A DNA stretch of 54,960 nucleotides. Origin: a virus (lineage: Duplodnaviria; Caudoviricetes). This document shows positions 10,901 to 19,312 of this stretch, in pieces. Each line of letters begins with the position of its first letter. Position 1 is the stretch's first letter. The stretch is from positions 1-54,960 of the IMG/VR virus record IMGVR_UViG_3300020172_002489; one strand, given 5' to 3'. A program made the position numbers and the translations under genes. The notes beneath the pieces are model-generated. The model did not search any database. It saw nothing but the letters and a program-made list of their open reading frames with translations, and was not told the DNA's origin.

Positions 10901-12613
10901 TCATCAAGTTTATTATTATCAACTGGGTCAACATCTTGGAAGAGTGGGTCTGAATTAACAATTGGTGGTATTCAACCTTATTTCACTGGTTCGATTGATG
11001 AATTTAGATTATGGAAAACTGCCCTTTCAGAATCACGAATTGATAATCATGCTTTGATTCCTGATGGTATAGATGGAAATCATATTTCTGCATCTACTGT
11101 TGATTTGATTTTTAGAAATGATTTTGAATATCCAAAGAATCGTGGTGTTGAATTAGATATTAAAAATGTTGCTTATATCCAATCTTACCAAACGTCTTCA
11201 GTTGCAAGTGGGTTTACATCTATACCTAGTTATCCATATAATTATATTCCATACGATAGAGATGTAACCGCAACAGTTCCACAAACTGGATTTAACTTTG
11301 GTAATAAGTTTAGATTTGAAACACAATACGATTTTGATGGAACTGAAATAAATTCAGATTCATTGAATGGTGTTAATTTGGATTATAAATCTCGTGCAAC
11401 TAAAAAATCATTTGATACTGCCCCTATTGATTCCGACAGATTAGGATTATTTTTCTCTCCAATAAAAGAGATTAATATGGATATTCTAAAATCGTTGGGT
11501 AATTTTAATATTGATGATTATATTGGAAATCCAGGTGATGAATATAATGATAGATATTCCGATTTGGATAGACTTAGAAATTACTATTTCCAAAGATTTG
11601 ATTTAAACTTTAATGAATATATTCAGTTAGTTCGATATATTGATAAATCTTTATTTGATACTTTGGAATCATTGGTTCCTGCAAGAGCAAAAGTTTCTTC
11701 GGGTTTATTGATAGAACCACATATTTTAGAAAGAAGTAAAGTAAAATGGAGAAAACCAACTTCTGAAAAAGGTGATTATGAAACAACTATTGATACACAA
11801 GAAGATACAATCATAATCGGTACAAATGAAGGAAAAGAAGTTACTTTATCAGTAGTACAAGATGTTTTATTTGATGTAACAAACCCTCAATATGAAGGTA
11901 CAATTACCGATACTGATGTATCATCATTAAGTGGTGAACGAACCGATTATGAAGGTACATATAGAACTACTGATGATTCTGCACAATATGGGTTTATGAC
12001 AGTAAATTCAGGTTCCGATATGGGTGGTATATCAATAACTATTGATGCTGAATTAGGTTCTTCGTTGACGGGTGAATATGATTCAACTGCGTTTACTCAA
12101 GTTGGTATGGATAAAAATTCTATTTCAGTTGCAGGTTTTGGAGTATTTGGTAGTGGTTCACATTCTATTAGAACTTACATAGATGTTTTTGGAAATACTA
12201 TTAAAGAGAGAGTAAAAATATTCCAAATAAAAGAAAGTTACCAAGTTAGTATACCACAAAATATAAATCCAAATGATGAATCATTGGGTAGAGAATTTGT
12301 AACACAAACTCTATTTAGAAATAAAGTAACAATCTTACCATTTACTGGTTCGAATGGATTAGAAACTCCTACACCAAGCGGAGGTAATATTGTATCTGCA
12401 ACTCCATTAAATGGTTACTTCCCATCCCACTATCGAAATGTTGGTGATTTAACAACTGGACTTGAGAATAGTTATTTTAAAGGTTCTAAACAAACACAAT
12501 TGACAACACTTGATGGTGGTTCGCCTGTTGTTACATTTACAACTAACCCTAACACATTGAGAGTAAATGATACAGGTAGAGGTAGTGGAGAACCAATATT
12601 AATTGTTGAATAA
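7985..12613 (+). CDS. Large baseplate wedge protein (gp7/baseplate I-like region plus LamG-like domain)
   Basis: 1542 aa; LPYLNKHKGTKRAL resembles the P2 gpI/gp7 KGT motif; FTGSIDEFRLWKTALS is a LamG motif. Confidence 0.65.
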   Translation: MAIITTSYKTTIFKENEGVVRVINPTDAPDVTIQFTFSSQQENSTQPSIGTDIRIDADVFIGTSIRYITEFETGLIAESINFRTDSKWIKFERQNIGTQFRSEIKVLKGSANLNDPRFANQTPFVDQDLQIDLGGGSLLIGVTATKNNVPNISAPILVVSQNSFQWNINDSSPLSIPYELTYDNIDIMRSTAQSTDYVQMSLGKIQRQLPKSGELKLTKTELQYIGQHTLYLQPVSIRGGIGPLQTVSINVISKSFLPGPDITNITYPEMIKGKDFVGFNVDFDITWQSINTNYVDIYVSKKDAEFVLGRFSSNGKTTFNVQKVLQKAKSTFNEDTDKIQFKLLLVPTNIESDEITEGVVEEIEILFDKSDLKLQRGNVVSDIREAFNRNFNTNIFKDEISNLLTHYLHFGKGDNKLIATWGVDTETFAEYEEGFDSEGNAFKRKLNQPKSLVLKLYEPLPTSIQENQTVWISKVQSIPMIEQISIIGDIANNCTPLTPNFNVDLGDDIGYQILDELISSGSTTSTDLVNQFISSSDFSLDNLDIKFVSSSKNISGSEEDGQYYYDTSVDYSWLNFVKYSSAAERVDNFFYKIQLIEQYNTKKEILESAPSFNSLTVVNELSKLQTQINNVTRGFDSFEKWLYQSSSADGFTYPKQNNTGSLYNSTDSNVIEWYESIYESATIYDDDNKSSFVNNLPQHIQDDDEGQDFILFFNMIGQHFDVVWSHIKGFQESKKLEHKYEIGIKDELIYHMLESLGWDADMGVKSQFLWEYAFGKHSDGTQVSTMSGKDRQHEIWRRLLNNLPYLNKHKGTKRALHAAMACYGVPASLLTVMEFGGPQDPQLNGTTKFTFEDRTAALNLNGLSQISADWKAFNGDYPNSVEFRINTTQKQNQVIAQTEGWKLEIESGSNYLGRLKFSISGSGNVTSSYTDYVPVFYEDYYHIALNKTTNAGNEIFDVYIKEGFNGRIRNEGSSSLLLSTGSTSWKSGSELTIGGIQPYFTGSIDEFRLWKTALSESRIDNHALIPDGIDGNHISASTVDLIFRNDFEYPKNRGVELDIKNVAYIQSYQTSSVASGFTSIPSYPYNYIPYDRDVTATVPQTGFNFGNKFRFETQYDFDGTEINSDSLNGVNLDYKSRATKKSFDTAPIDSDRLGLFFSPIKEINMDILKSLGNFNIDDYIGNPGDEYNDRYSDLDRLRNYYFQRFDLNFNEYIQLVRYIDKSLFDTLESLVPARAKVSSGLLIEPHILERSKVKWRKPTSEKGDYETTIDTQEDTIIIGTNEGKEVTLSVVQDVLFDVTNPQYEGTITDTDVSSLSGERTDYEGTYRTTDDSAQYGFMTVNSGSDMGGISITIDAELGSSLTGEYDSTAFTQVGMDKNSISVAGFGVFGSGSHSIRTYIDVFGNTIKERVKIFQIKESYQVSIPQNINPNDESLGREFVTQTLFRNKVTILPFTGSNGLETPTPSGGNIVSATPLNGYFPSHYRNVGDLTTGLENSYFKGSKQTQLTTLDGGSPVVTFTTNPNTLRVNDTGRGSGEPILIVE

Positions 12614-12642
12614 GAATTATTATTACAAAATTAAAAAATACT

Positions 12643-12654
12643 TATATTTATATA
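12643..12654 (+). promoter_or_regulatory. TATATTTATATA putative phage promoter motif
   Basis: Intergenic; upstream of ATG 12680. Confidence 0.6.
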
Positions 12655-12679
12655 TTGAAAGTAAAAAGGAAATAAAACT

Positions 12680-13309
12680 ATGGCTTATTTAGATAATACC
12701 GAAATCACCGTTGATGCTATCCTAACAAAAAAGGGTAGAGAGAAATTAGCAACCGGAGAAGGATTAAACATTACAAAATTTGCATTAGGTGACGATGAAA
12801 TCGATTACACCCTATATGCACCAGATCATCCACTTGGGTCAGCTTATTATGATTCAGCAATAAAAGCTATTCCTATTACGGAAGCTTCTCCTGATGAAAC
12901 TCAAGTGTTGAGATATAAATTAGTAACCTTACCTAAAGGTACCACTAAAATCCCTAAAGTGGAATTTGGTGTACCATCTATTTCTGTTAATCAGAACTCT
13001 GGTCAGGTTTCCCTTACACCAACTACATCTCCAAGTGGTAATACACAAGCAGGATACACTTTGGTTCTTGCTAACAAAAATGCAGGTTCAATCGTTGGTA
13101 GTGGTTTAGCAGCAGGTAGTGGAACTATTCCAGTATTCTTGGGTGATGAAATTACTACAACTGCAGCAGTAGAAAGGGGATTAGCATTTACTTTCATTCC
13201 AAATCCTAATATTACTGCAACAATTAAGACAACTTTAACCGTATATGGTAACGAAACTGGTGGTTCTCAATCAATTCCAGTAACTGTATCCTATATACAA
13301 CCAAGATAA
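12680..13309 (+). CDS. Baseplate/tail-fibre attachment structural protein
   Basis: ILTKKGREKLA...ITKFALGD resembles the N-terminal half of the tail-collar fibre anchor domain. Confidence 0.6.
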   Translation: MAYLDNTEITVDAILTKKGREKLATGEGLNITKFALGDDEIDYTLYAPDHPLGSAYYDSAIKAIPITEASPDETQVLRYKLVTLPKGTTKIPKVEFGVPSISVNQNSGQVSLTPTTSPSGNTQAGYTLVLANKNAGSIVGSGLAAGSGTIPVFLGDEITTTAAVERGLAFTFIPNPNITATIKTTLTVYGNETGGSQSIPVTVSYIQPR

Positions 13310-13331
13310 TAAAACGAGGAATTAAAAAAAT

Positions 13332-14561
13332 ATGGCACAAATTACAGGACAAGCCGGTGTTAACTTAACTCAAGAATTAGCTGCGTATTTAAACGCACAA
13401 CAAGGTAGTTTAACATCTGAGCAATTATCAACAATTATTAACCAATACTTAACAGGTGGTGATAAATTAGGTGCTCAGGGTGGAAACATCAACACGGGTA
13501 TCTACAAAAGATTTGGTGAATTTGACCAAGTAACTGGTAAAATTGAAATCGTCACTACTGGACTTTGGAGTGGTGATACTGGAAGTTTAAATACTTTTTA
13601 TAGTTCTTCTGCACAGATTCAAGGAGCAAGTGGTAAATACTATGTAAATGTGTATAATGCACCAATATCCTCCGATTCTTCTGCTACTCAATTTGCAGTA
13701 GCTTATGGCCATAAAAATGGTAGTGGTTCAGTTGCATTGGATATTGATAATACATCTACTTTAGCAACCAAAGCTACTTATGCTCAATATCGTTCAATCC
13801 TTTTAGACCAAGATGACCAATTCTTTACATTTGATTCTGCATCGGGTGAGGGCGTACATGATTCATCTGATATTTATGTAATCAATGTAGCAAGAGCTAG
13901 ATATAAAGAAAAAATGGATGCTGGAAACTGGGAATTAACTCTTTCAGGTTCTTCTGGAAATATGAATCTAATTGATGATTCGGGTAAGAAATTTTCTGAT
14001 ACCGTTGGTAAAGCAGGTAGAGTATTCTATGTTGTTAGTGGTTCATTAAATTTAGGACAAGACGCCGAAGCAACTATTGGTGGTAGATATGATTCAAATG
14101 GTAGAGGATTTGGTTTATTCTATCCTGATCAAGGTTTAATTGTTCTTAATCCAACTGCAATTCACAATAAACTTGGAAACTCAGTAAGTAGTTCTGAATT
14201 TGGTAATGCAGGTGCATTATATTCAGGAACCACAAGAGAAGGTAAAAATCATTTATTATTATATCATTTTATTCTAAGTGGATCTGATTTTGAAGCCCGT
14301 AGAACTGAAAATGTTTCAACCTCTCATTACTTTGTAAGAGCAACTAATAGAGAATTTAACTTCTCAAATAACCCAACATTTGCAACTGGTTCAGATGGTT
14401 CATTTACTGAATCAACTTTTGAAAGAGACCCAAAAACTTTCATCACAACTGTTGGTTTATACAATGATGCAAACGAAATGATTGCTGTAGCAAAAACATC
14501 ACAACCAATTCCAAAATCATTTGATAAAGAAGTTCTAATCAAAGTAAAACTTGATTTCTAA
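13332..14561 (+). CDS. Virion structural protein (baseplate/fibre anchor)
   Basis: C-terminal EFNFSNNPT...ITTVGLYNDANEMIAVAKTSQPIPK...KLDF. Confidence 0.6.
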   Translation: MAQITGQAGVNLTQELAAYLNAQQGSLTSEQLSTIINQYLTGGDKLGAQGGNINTGIYKRFGEFDQVTGKIEIVTTGLWSGDTGSLNTFYSSSAQIQGASGKYYVNVYNAPISSDSSATQFAVAYGHKNGSGSVALDIDNTSTLATKATYAQYRSILLDQDDQFFTFDSASGEGVHDSSDIYVINVARARYKEKMDAGNWELTLSGSSGNMNLIDDSGKKFSDTVGKAGRVFYVVSGSLNLGQDAEATIGGRYDSNGRGFGLFYPDQGLIVLNPTAIHNKLGNSVSSSEFGNAGALYSGTTREGKNHLLLYHFILSGSDFEARRTENVSTSHYFVRATNREFNFSNNPTFATGSDGSFTESTFERDPKTFITTVGLYNDANEMIAVAKTSQPIPKSFDKEVLIKVKLDF

Positions 14562-14611
14562 TAACTTACCCTTCCTATGATAGTCTCGTAGGATTGACTC
14601 TAACGAGTTTC

Positions 14612-14637
14612 AACCCCATAGTAATATGGGGTTTTTT
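14612..14637 (+). terminator. Rho-independent terminator
   Basis: AACCCCATA-(GTAA tetraloop)-TATGGGGTT followed by a T run. Confidence 0.88.
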
Positions 14638-14644
14638 CTTTTAG

Positions 14645-14656
14645 TATATTTATATA
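14645..14656 (+). promoter_or_regulatory. TATATTTATATA putative phage promoter motif
   Basis: Just downstream of the terminator; upstream of ATG 14672. Confidence 0.6.
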
Positions 14657-14671
14657 AAGTAGGAATATATT

Positions 14672-15760
14672 ATGTTAAAATCAATACCAAAATCAAATAT
14701 TACTAAACGAAAATTCCAAGTTTACAAACTTTGGAATACTAGTCATTCGGAATACCCTGCTGAATTTGTAAGCGGGAGTGACCCTTTATATCGTTCAGTA
14801 AAATCAAAATATTATAACAATCTTGATGGTAATATTTTTAACACATTTGGTTCTTATAAAAATTTAGCGGATTTAATTAATGAACGAAGTATTTCCGATA
14901 CGATTTATTTAATTGATATTGATAGAAATAAATTTGGTGAACAAATAAAAAAGAAATCAGTTAGATTAACTACTCAAAACGGTACCGAGTTAATTGATGA
15001 TGGATTTGGAAATATAGTAGATCCGATACCAACTTATAATTTTACAGCTTTTGATGCCGAAAATGGTATCTTATCAATCGAACAAGGTGGTACCGAATAC
15101 GATATAGATGTTATTTCATTTGATTTAAACTCTGGTGCAATAGTGTTACTCGATGATGGAATTGGTGAAACTTATTATGTTATTTCAATAGATTTTGAAA
15201 CTGGTGTAATAAAATTTACATATCAACTTGATTTTGAAAGTATTGGTATAGTAACATTAGCGTATGGTAATGTATTTTATTCGGATGGTATAATTGTATT
15301 TAATTCCGGTTCAACAGAGACTTTAGATTCATATCAATTAGAATATCGTTCAACTCAAACTATATACGAAACTGAAGTTCTTGTTTCAGTAAAAGCAGGA
15401 GAATTTAATTATTCTCAAAATCCATCGGCAGTAGATGTAACTTTAAGTGGTTCTTATTATTTTGAAACAACTCCTATTACAAATATTTCTCCTGCAAAAA
15501 ATGTAAAAATAAAAGAAGTTTTGGATATAGAACAAAGAAGATTTTATTCAGGTTCAATTGATTCTACCAAATTAGGTACTTGGGATGATTATTATAATTC
15601 ATCATCAGTAGACCCAACTGGTTCTTATTTGGCACCATATATTACAACAATTGGATTATATGATGATAATGGTGATATGGTTGCAATTGCAAAATTACCA
15701 CAACCAATTAAGAATTTACCTGATTACGATTTGAACTTTTTGATTCGTTTTGACACTTGA
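14672..15760 (+). CDS. Virion structural protein, paralog of 13332..14561
   Basis: Shares EFNYSQNP...ITTIGLYDDNGDMVAIAKLPQPIK...RFDT. Confidence 0.6.
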   Translation: MLKSIPKSNITKRKFQVYKLWNTSHSEYPAEFVSGSDPLYRSVKSKYYNNLDGNIFNTFGSYKNLADLINERSISDTIYLIDIDRNKFGEQIKKKSVRLTTQNGTELIDDGFGNIVDPIPTYNFTAFDAENGILSIEQGGTEYDIDVISFDLNSGAIVLLDDGIGETYYVISIDFETGVIKFTYQLDFESIGIVTLAYGNVFYSDGIIVFNSGSTETLDSYQLEYRSTQTIYETEVLVSVKAGEFNYSQNPSAVDVTLSGSYYFETTPITNISPAKNVKIKEVLDIEQRRFYSGSIDSTKLGTWDDYYNSSSVDPTGSYLAPYITTIGLYDDNGDMVAIAKLPQPIKNLPDYDLNFLIRFDT

Positions 15761-15762
15761 TG

Positions 15763-15773
15763 ATATTTATATA
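15763..15773 (+). promoter_or_regulatory. ATATTTATATA putative phage promoter motif
   Basis: Intergenic; upstream of ATG 15812. Confidence 0.55.
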
Positions 15774-15811
15774 AAAGTTATAATGAATTATACTTTAAAA
15801 AAGGAAATAAA

Positions 15812-16015
15812 ATGAATTACACAATTTTTAATTATAAAGGTGATGTATTGAACGAATCAGTATCACAGGAAGAATTAGATGTACTTATTCAATCAGAAGA
15901 ATTTAATTGTTTTCAATATGGTGAAGGAGTGTATGAAGATTTCTTGAAACACGAACATGATAATGCCGAACAGGCTTTTCATAACTTTAGAGTTTATAAA
16001 CCAATCGTTGAATAA
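15812..16015 (+). CDS. Hypothetical protein
   Basis: 67-aa ORF preceded by AAGGAA; fills the gap on the coding strand. Confidence 0.6.
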   Translation: MNYTIFNYKGDVLNESVSQEELDVLIQSEEFNCFQYGEGVYEDFLKHEHDNAEQAFHNFRVYKPIVE

Positions 16016-16017
16016 TT

Positions 16018-16230
16018 ATGGCATCAATAGAAGAATTATATAAAAAAAGTGAGTTTGCTAAACTTCCATTAAAGAAGGATAGAACTCCGATTAGTGCTGA
16101 TGATTTTGATAGTTCTAAACTTTCTATATCGGCCGAAAATTTAGAAAAAGGTAGAGGTGGTAAGTTAGGAAATCTTACTGGTGGATTTACACCTACAAAA
16201 AAATATTCAGACGTAACTGATAGAAAATAA
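16018..16230 (+). CDS. Hypothetical protein
   Basis: 70-aa ORF tightly packed after the previous gene. Confidence 0.6.
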   Translation: MASIEELYKKSEFAKLPLKKDRTPISADDFDSSKLSISAENLEKGRGGKLGNLTGGFTPTKKYSDVTDRK

Positions 16231-16246
16231 ACTTAATTTGTTATAA

Positions 16247-16819
16247 GTGGGGTTAATTATCAACCGAACCCAAAAGTGGGCGTTTATTCACATACCCAAG
16301 ACAGGGGGGAACACCATATCAAAAATTTTATTAAGTGTACCTGAATCAGAACAAATCATGGTTCATGGTACACTTAATCAACTAATGAATGTTGAGGGTT
16401 ATTTTATTTTTTCATTTGTACGAAATCCCTTTACTCGTCTTGCATCTTGGTACGAACACAAAAAACGAGAGGGAAATATTCAACTATTTTCAAGTTTTAT
16501 AGAATCAATAGAACCATTGGATTTCTTATTTTTTTCACAAGAATACTACTTACACCACGGTCAAAGGCAAAATAAAAAAGTTTCATTTGTAGGTAGATAT
16601 GAAAATTTTAATAACGATTTAAACTACATATCAAATCAAATTGGAATACAATTAACCGAAATTCCACATTTAAATAGAAACACATATTGGGAAAAACACC
16701 CAAATCTAAACACTTATAAATTATACAAACAATACTATAACGAAGAGTGGATAAAAGATTGGGTACGAAACAAATATAAAAATGATTTTAGCATCTTTAA
16801 CTATGAGTTGGACATATAA
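16247..16819 (+). CDS. Sulfotransferase family 2 protein
   Basis: PAPS-binding motifs FIHIPKTGGNTI and FSFVRNPFTRLASWY; GTG start. Confidence 0.85.
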   Translation: MGLIINRTQKWAFIHIPKTGGNTISKILLSVPESEQIMVHGTLNQLMNVEGYFIFSFVRNPFTRLASWYEHKKREGNIQLFSSFIESIEPLDFLFFSQEYYLHHGQRQNKKVSFVGRYENFNNDLNYISNQIGIQLTEIPHLNRNTYWEKHPNLNTYKLYKQYYNEEWIKDWVRNKYKNDFSIFNYELDI

Positions 16820-17240
16820 AGGGAGTTTTATAACCGAACTAAATGATATGCCAGAAGGTACTATTGGTTTTATTTATAAAATTACCAATGGAAAAACTAG
16901 TGAATATTACATTGGAAAGAAAAATGTTTTATCAACTAGAAAACGAAAATTTGGTAAAAAAGAAATTGCTCTATTAACTGATAAGAGGTTAAAGACATAC
17001 GAAATGATTACTAAAGAATCTGATTGGAAACAATATCGTTCTTCCAACAAACAAGTACAAGAATGGTTTAAAGATAAAGAAAATGACCAATTGGAATTAC
17101 GAATACTTCGTTTTTGTTCCAATACTAAATCACTTACCTATTACGAATTACAAGAACAATTTGCACACGATGTCCTTGGTGATAAACGGGCTTTAAATGA
17201 TAATCTACTTGGAAAGTTTTTTCGAAGAGATTTGGAATAG
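16803..17240 (+). CDS. GIY-YIG family nuclease
   Basis: GFIYKITN...YYIGKK, plus conserved E and N (YYELQEQ, LNDN). Likely start is ATG 16803; the ORF track start is 16782. Confidence 0.7.
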   Translation: MSWTYKGSFITELNDMPEGTIGFIYKITNGKTSEYYIGKKNVLSTRKRKFGKKEIALLTDKRLKTYEMITKESDWKQYRSSNKQVQEWFKDKENDQLELRILRFCSNTKSLTYYELQEQFAHDVLGDKRALNDNLLGKFFRRDLE

Positions 17241-17262
17241 TGAAAACTTTTTCGTATATTTG
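17231..17262 (+). promoter_or_regulatory. Bacteroidota-type housekeeping promoter (-33 TTTG, -7 TAnnTTTG)
   Basis: TTTG at 17231-17234, 20-nt spacer, TATATTTG at 17255-17262; 20 nt upstream of the primase ATG. Confidence 0.7.
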
Positions 17263-17282
17263 TGTAGACAAATTGTATAAGC

Positions 17283-18224
17283 ATGCTCTCAATAAGAGAT
17301 AAATCAATCGTAATAAACATACTTGATGAAGTATTAGGTGTTGGAACTTCCATGAAAGGAAATGAACAAGCACACTATTGTCCATTTTGTCATCACCACA
17401 AAAAGAAACTACAAATCAATTTAGAAACTCAACAATGGCATTGTTGGGTATGTGATTCTAAAGGTAAACGAATAACTTCATTACTACGAAAACTTCAAGT
17501 AGATTCTAAAAAATTACAAAAACTTTATGAAATTTATGGTGATGATTATGTAGTATATTCTAACGATTCCGAAGAAGAAAAAATAGAATTACGATTACCA
17601 AACGAATTCAAATCATTATTATACGAACCAAGGGGCATTAATCCTACTTACAAAAAAGCAAAACATTATGCAGATTCTCGTGGAATTACTACTGAAGATA
17701 TTATCAGGTATAACATTGGCTATGTTGATAGTGGTATTTATTCTGGTAGGATTATCATTCCTTCCTATGATGTTGATAATCGACTCAATTACTTTATCGC
17801 CAGGTCAGTATTCGAAGAGGAGAAGTTTAAATACAAAAATCCACCAGTATCCAAAAATGTAATAATGTTCGAAAACCAAATAAATTGGAACGAACCTATT
17901 ACTATTGTGGAAGGAGTTTTTGATGCAATTTCGGTAAAACGAAATGTGATTCCGATTCTTGGTAAATTTATTCCAAAAAAATTAATGGAAAATATATATG
18001 ATAAGGGTGTTAAAAATATTAACATTCTTCTTGATAATGATGCCCAACAACAAGCTCTACATTATGTAGTTCAATTGGGAAACCAAGGTATAAAAGTTAG
18101 AAATATAATTCCATCCGATAAAGATGCAAGTGAAATGGGATTTTCGAAAGTGAATCAAATTTTGAAAGAATCCAAAGAAACTAACTTTGATGATGTGATA
18201 AAACAAAAGTTATTCAATTTATGA
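17283..18224 (+). CDS. DNA primase (DnaG/T4 gp61-like)
   Basis: Zn finger CPFC...CWVC, RIIIP, KYKNP, TOPRIM VEGVFDA and LDND. Confidence 0.9.
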   Translation: MLSIRDKSIVINILDEVLGVGTSMKGNEQAHYCPFCHHHKKKLQINLETQQWHCWVCDSKGKRITSLLRKLQVDSKKLQKLYEIYGDDYVVYSNDSEEEKIELRLPNEFKSLLYEPRGINPTYKKAKHYADSRGITTEDIIRYNIGYVDSGIYSGRIIIPSYDVDNRLNYFIARSVFEEEKFKYKNPPVSKNVIMFENQINWNEPITIVEGVFDAISVKRNVIPILGKFIPKKLMENIYDKGVKNINILLDNDAQQQALHYVVQLGNQGIKVRNIIPSDKDASEMGFSKVNQILKESKETNFDDVIKQKLFNL

Positions 18225-19312
18225 TTCATATAATACCACACCATATAAATAGAGGGTCTTGGCCACCGTGGCATAAACTCATACATTTTAATGAAGATAC
18301 AAATATATTACAAGGATATGATGATCACAATATAGAATGTAATTTAAACCAAGAAAATAACACTATATTTTTAGACCAAATTTTAAATAATTTAAATGTA
18401 AATCATGGAGATTCGGTTTTTCTTGATAAGAAATATTTGGTGACAGATGGTGATTATAATGAATTTATAAATAATATTAACAAACATTGGGAAAAATATG
18501 GATGTAAATTTTTTATAGTTGATGATGATAATCAATATCACTATTCTGATACTGAAAAATTTACTTATTTTTCAAATAGATTCAATATTGAAAATTATAA
18601 TAAAAATTTTAATTATTTTAGATATAGAACACCATATCACACTTGGACAAACAATTTAAATGAGTTATTAAATCCATTTTTATTTAATTTAAGACAAAAG
18701 AAATTTAATTTTATAGTAGGTGTTGATAAAATAGAAAGATTGCTTTCACTAAAACATATCTATAATGTTAATATGAATAATGATGGATATATTGGATATA
18801 GTGGATTTAATAGGTCATATTCTGATAATGAATTATCTGATAAATTATTAGAATTTAAAAATTTGCATATTCCAATCATATTAGATGTCTCATTTGAAAG
18901 AAGTTTAGATGGTGCCGTAAATGTTGAATTCCCACCATTTCCAATTTGTTTAAATTCATATGTTAGTTGTATATGTGAAACTGCTGTAATAGATTGGGAA
19001 GAAACACATTTGAGTGAAAAAAGTTGGAATCCATTTATTTCACATAATATACCACTCATATTGGGTTCAAAATATATTAATGAATATTTAAGAAATCTTG
19101 GATTTTGGTTGGCAGATGATTTATTTGATTTGAGTTTATGTGAAACTAGAACTGATATAATAAATCAGTTCACCTCTAATTTGAATATTATAAACTCAAT
19201 GTCTTATGATGAATTATACAAATATTACACAAGTAATATTGGTGCAATAATGCGAAATTTTGAAATTTTAATGAAACAAAAATTTATATTTGATAGAAAA
19301 AAATACAAATAA
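18221..19312 (+). CDS. Putative glycosyltransferase (GT10-like SEK/TEK family), paralog 1
   Basis: ICET...LSEKSWNPF...PLILG...LRNLGF motif shared with 36815, 40397 and 45162. Confidence 0.5.
   Translation: MIHIIPHHINRGSWPPWHKLIHFNEDTNILQGYDDHNIECNLNQENNTIFLDQILNNLNVNHGDSVFLDKKYLVTDGDYNEFINNINKHWEKYGCKFFIVDDDNQYHYSDTEKFTYFSNRFNIENYNKNFNYFRYRTPYHTWTNNLNELLNPFLFNLRQKKFNFIVGVDKIERLLSLKHIYNVNMNNDGYIGYSGFNRSYSDNELSDKLLEFKNLHIPIILDVSFERSLDGAVNVEFPPFPICLNSYVSCICETAVIDWEETHLSEKSWNPFISHNIPLILGSKYINEYLRNLGFWLADDLFDLSLCETRTDIINQFTSNLNIINSMSYDELYKYYTSNIGAIMRNFEILMKQKFIFDRKKYK

Noticed and set aside
15774-15796. Imperfect hairpin AAAGTTATAAT-GA-ATTATACTTT
   Set aside because: Almost all A/T with a bulge; expected by chance at this composition.
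16803-17240. Intron-encoded homing endonuclease
   Set aside because: The gene is free-standing, short and lacks a DNA-binding extension; the flanking genes are uninterrupted.
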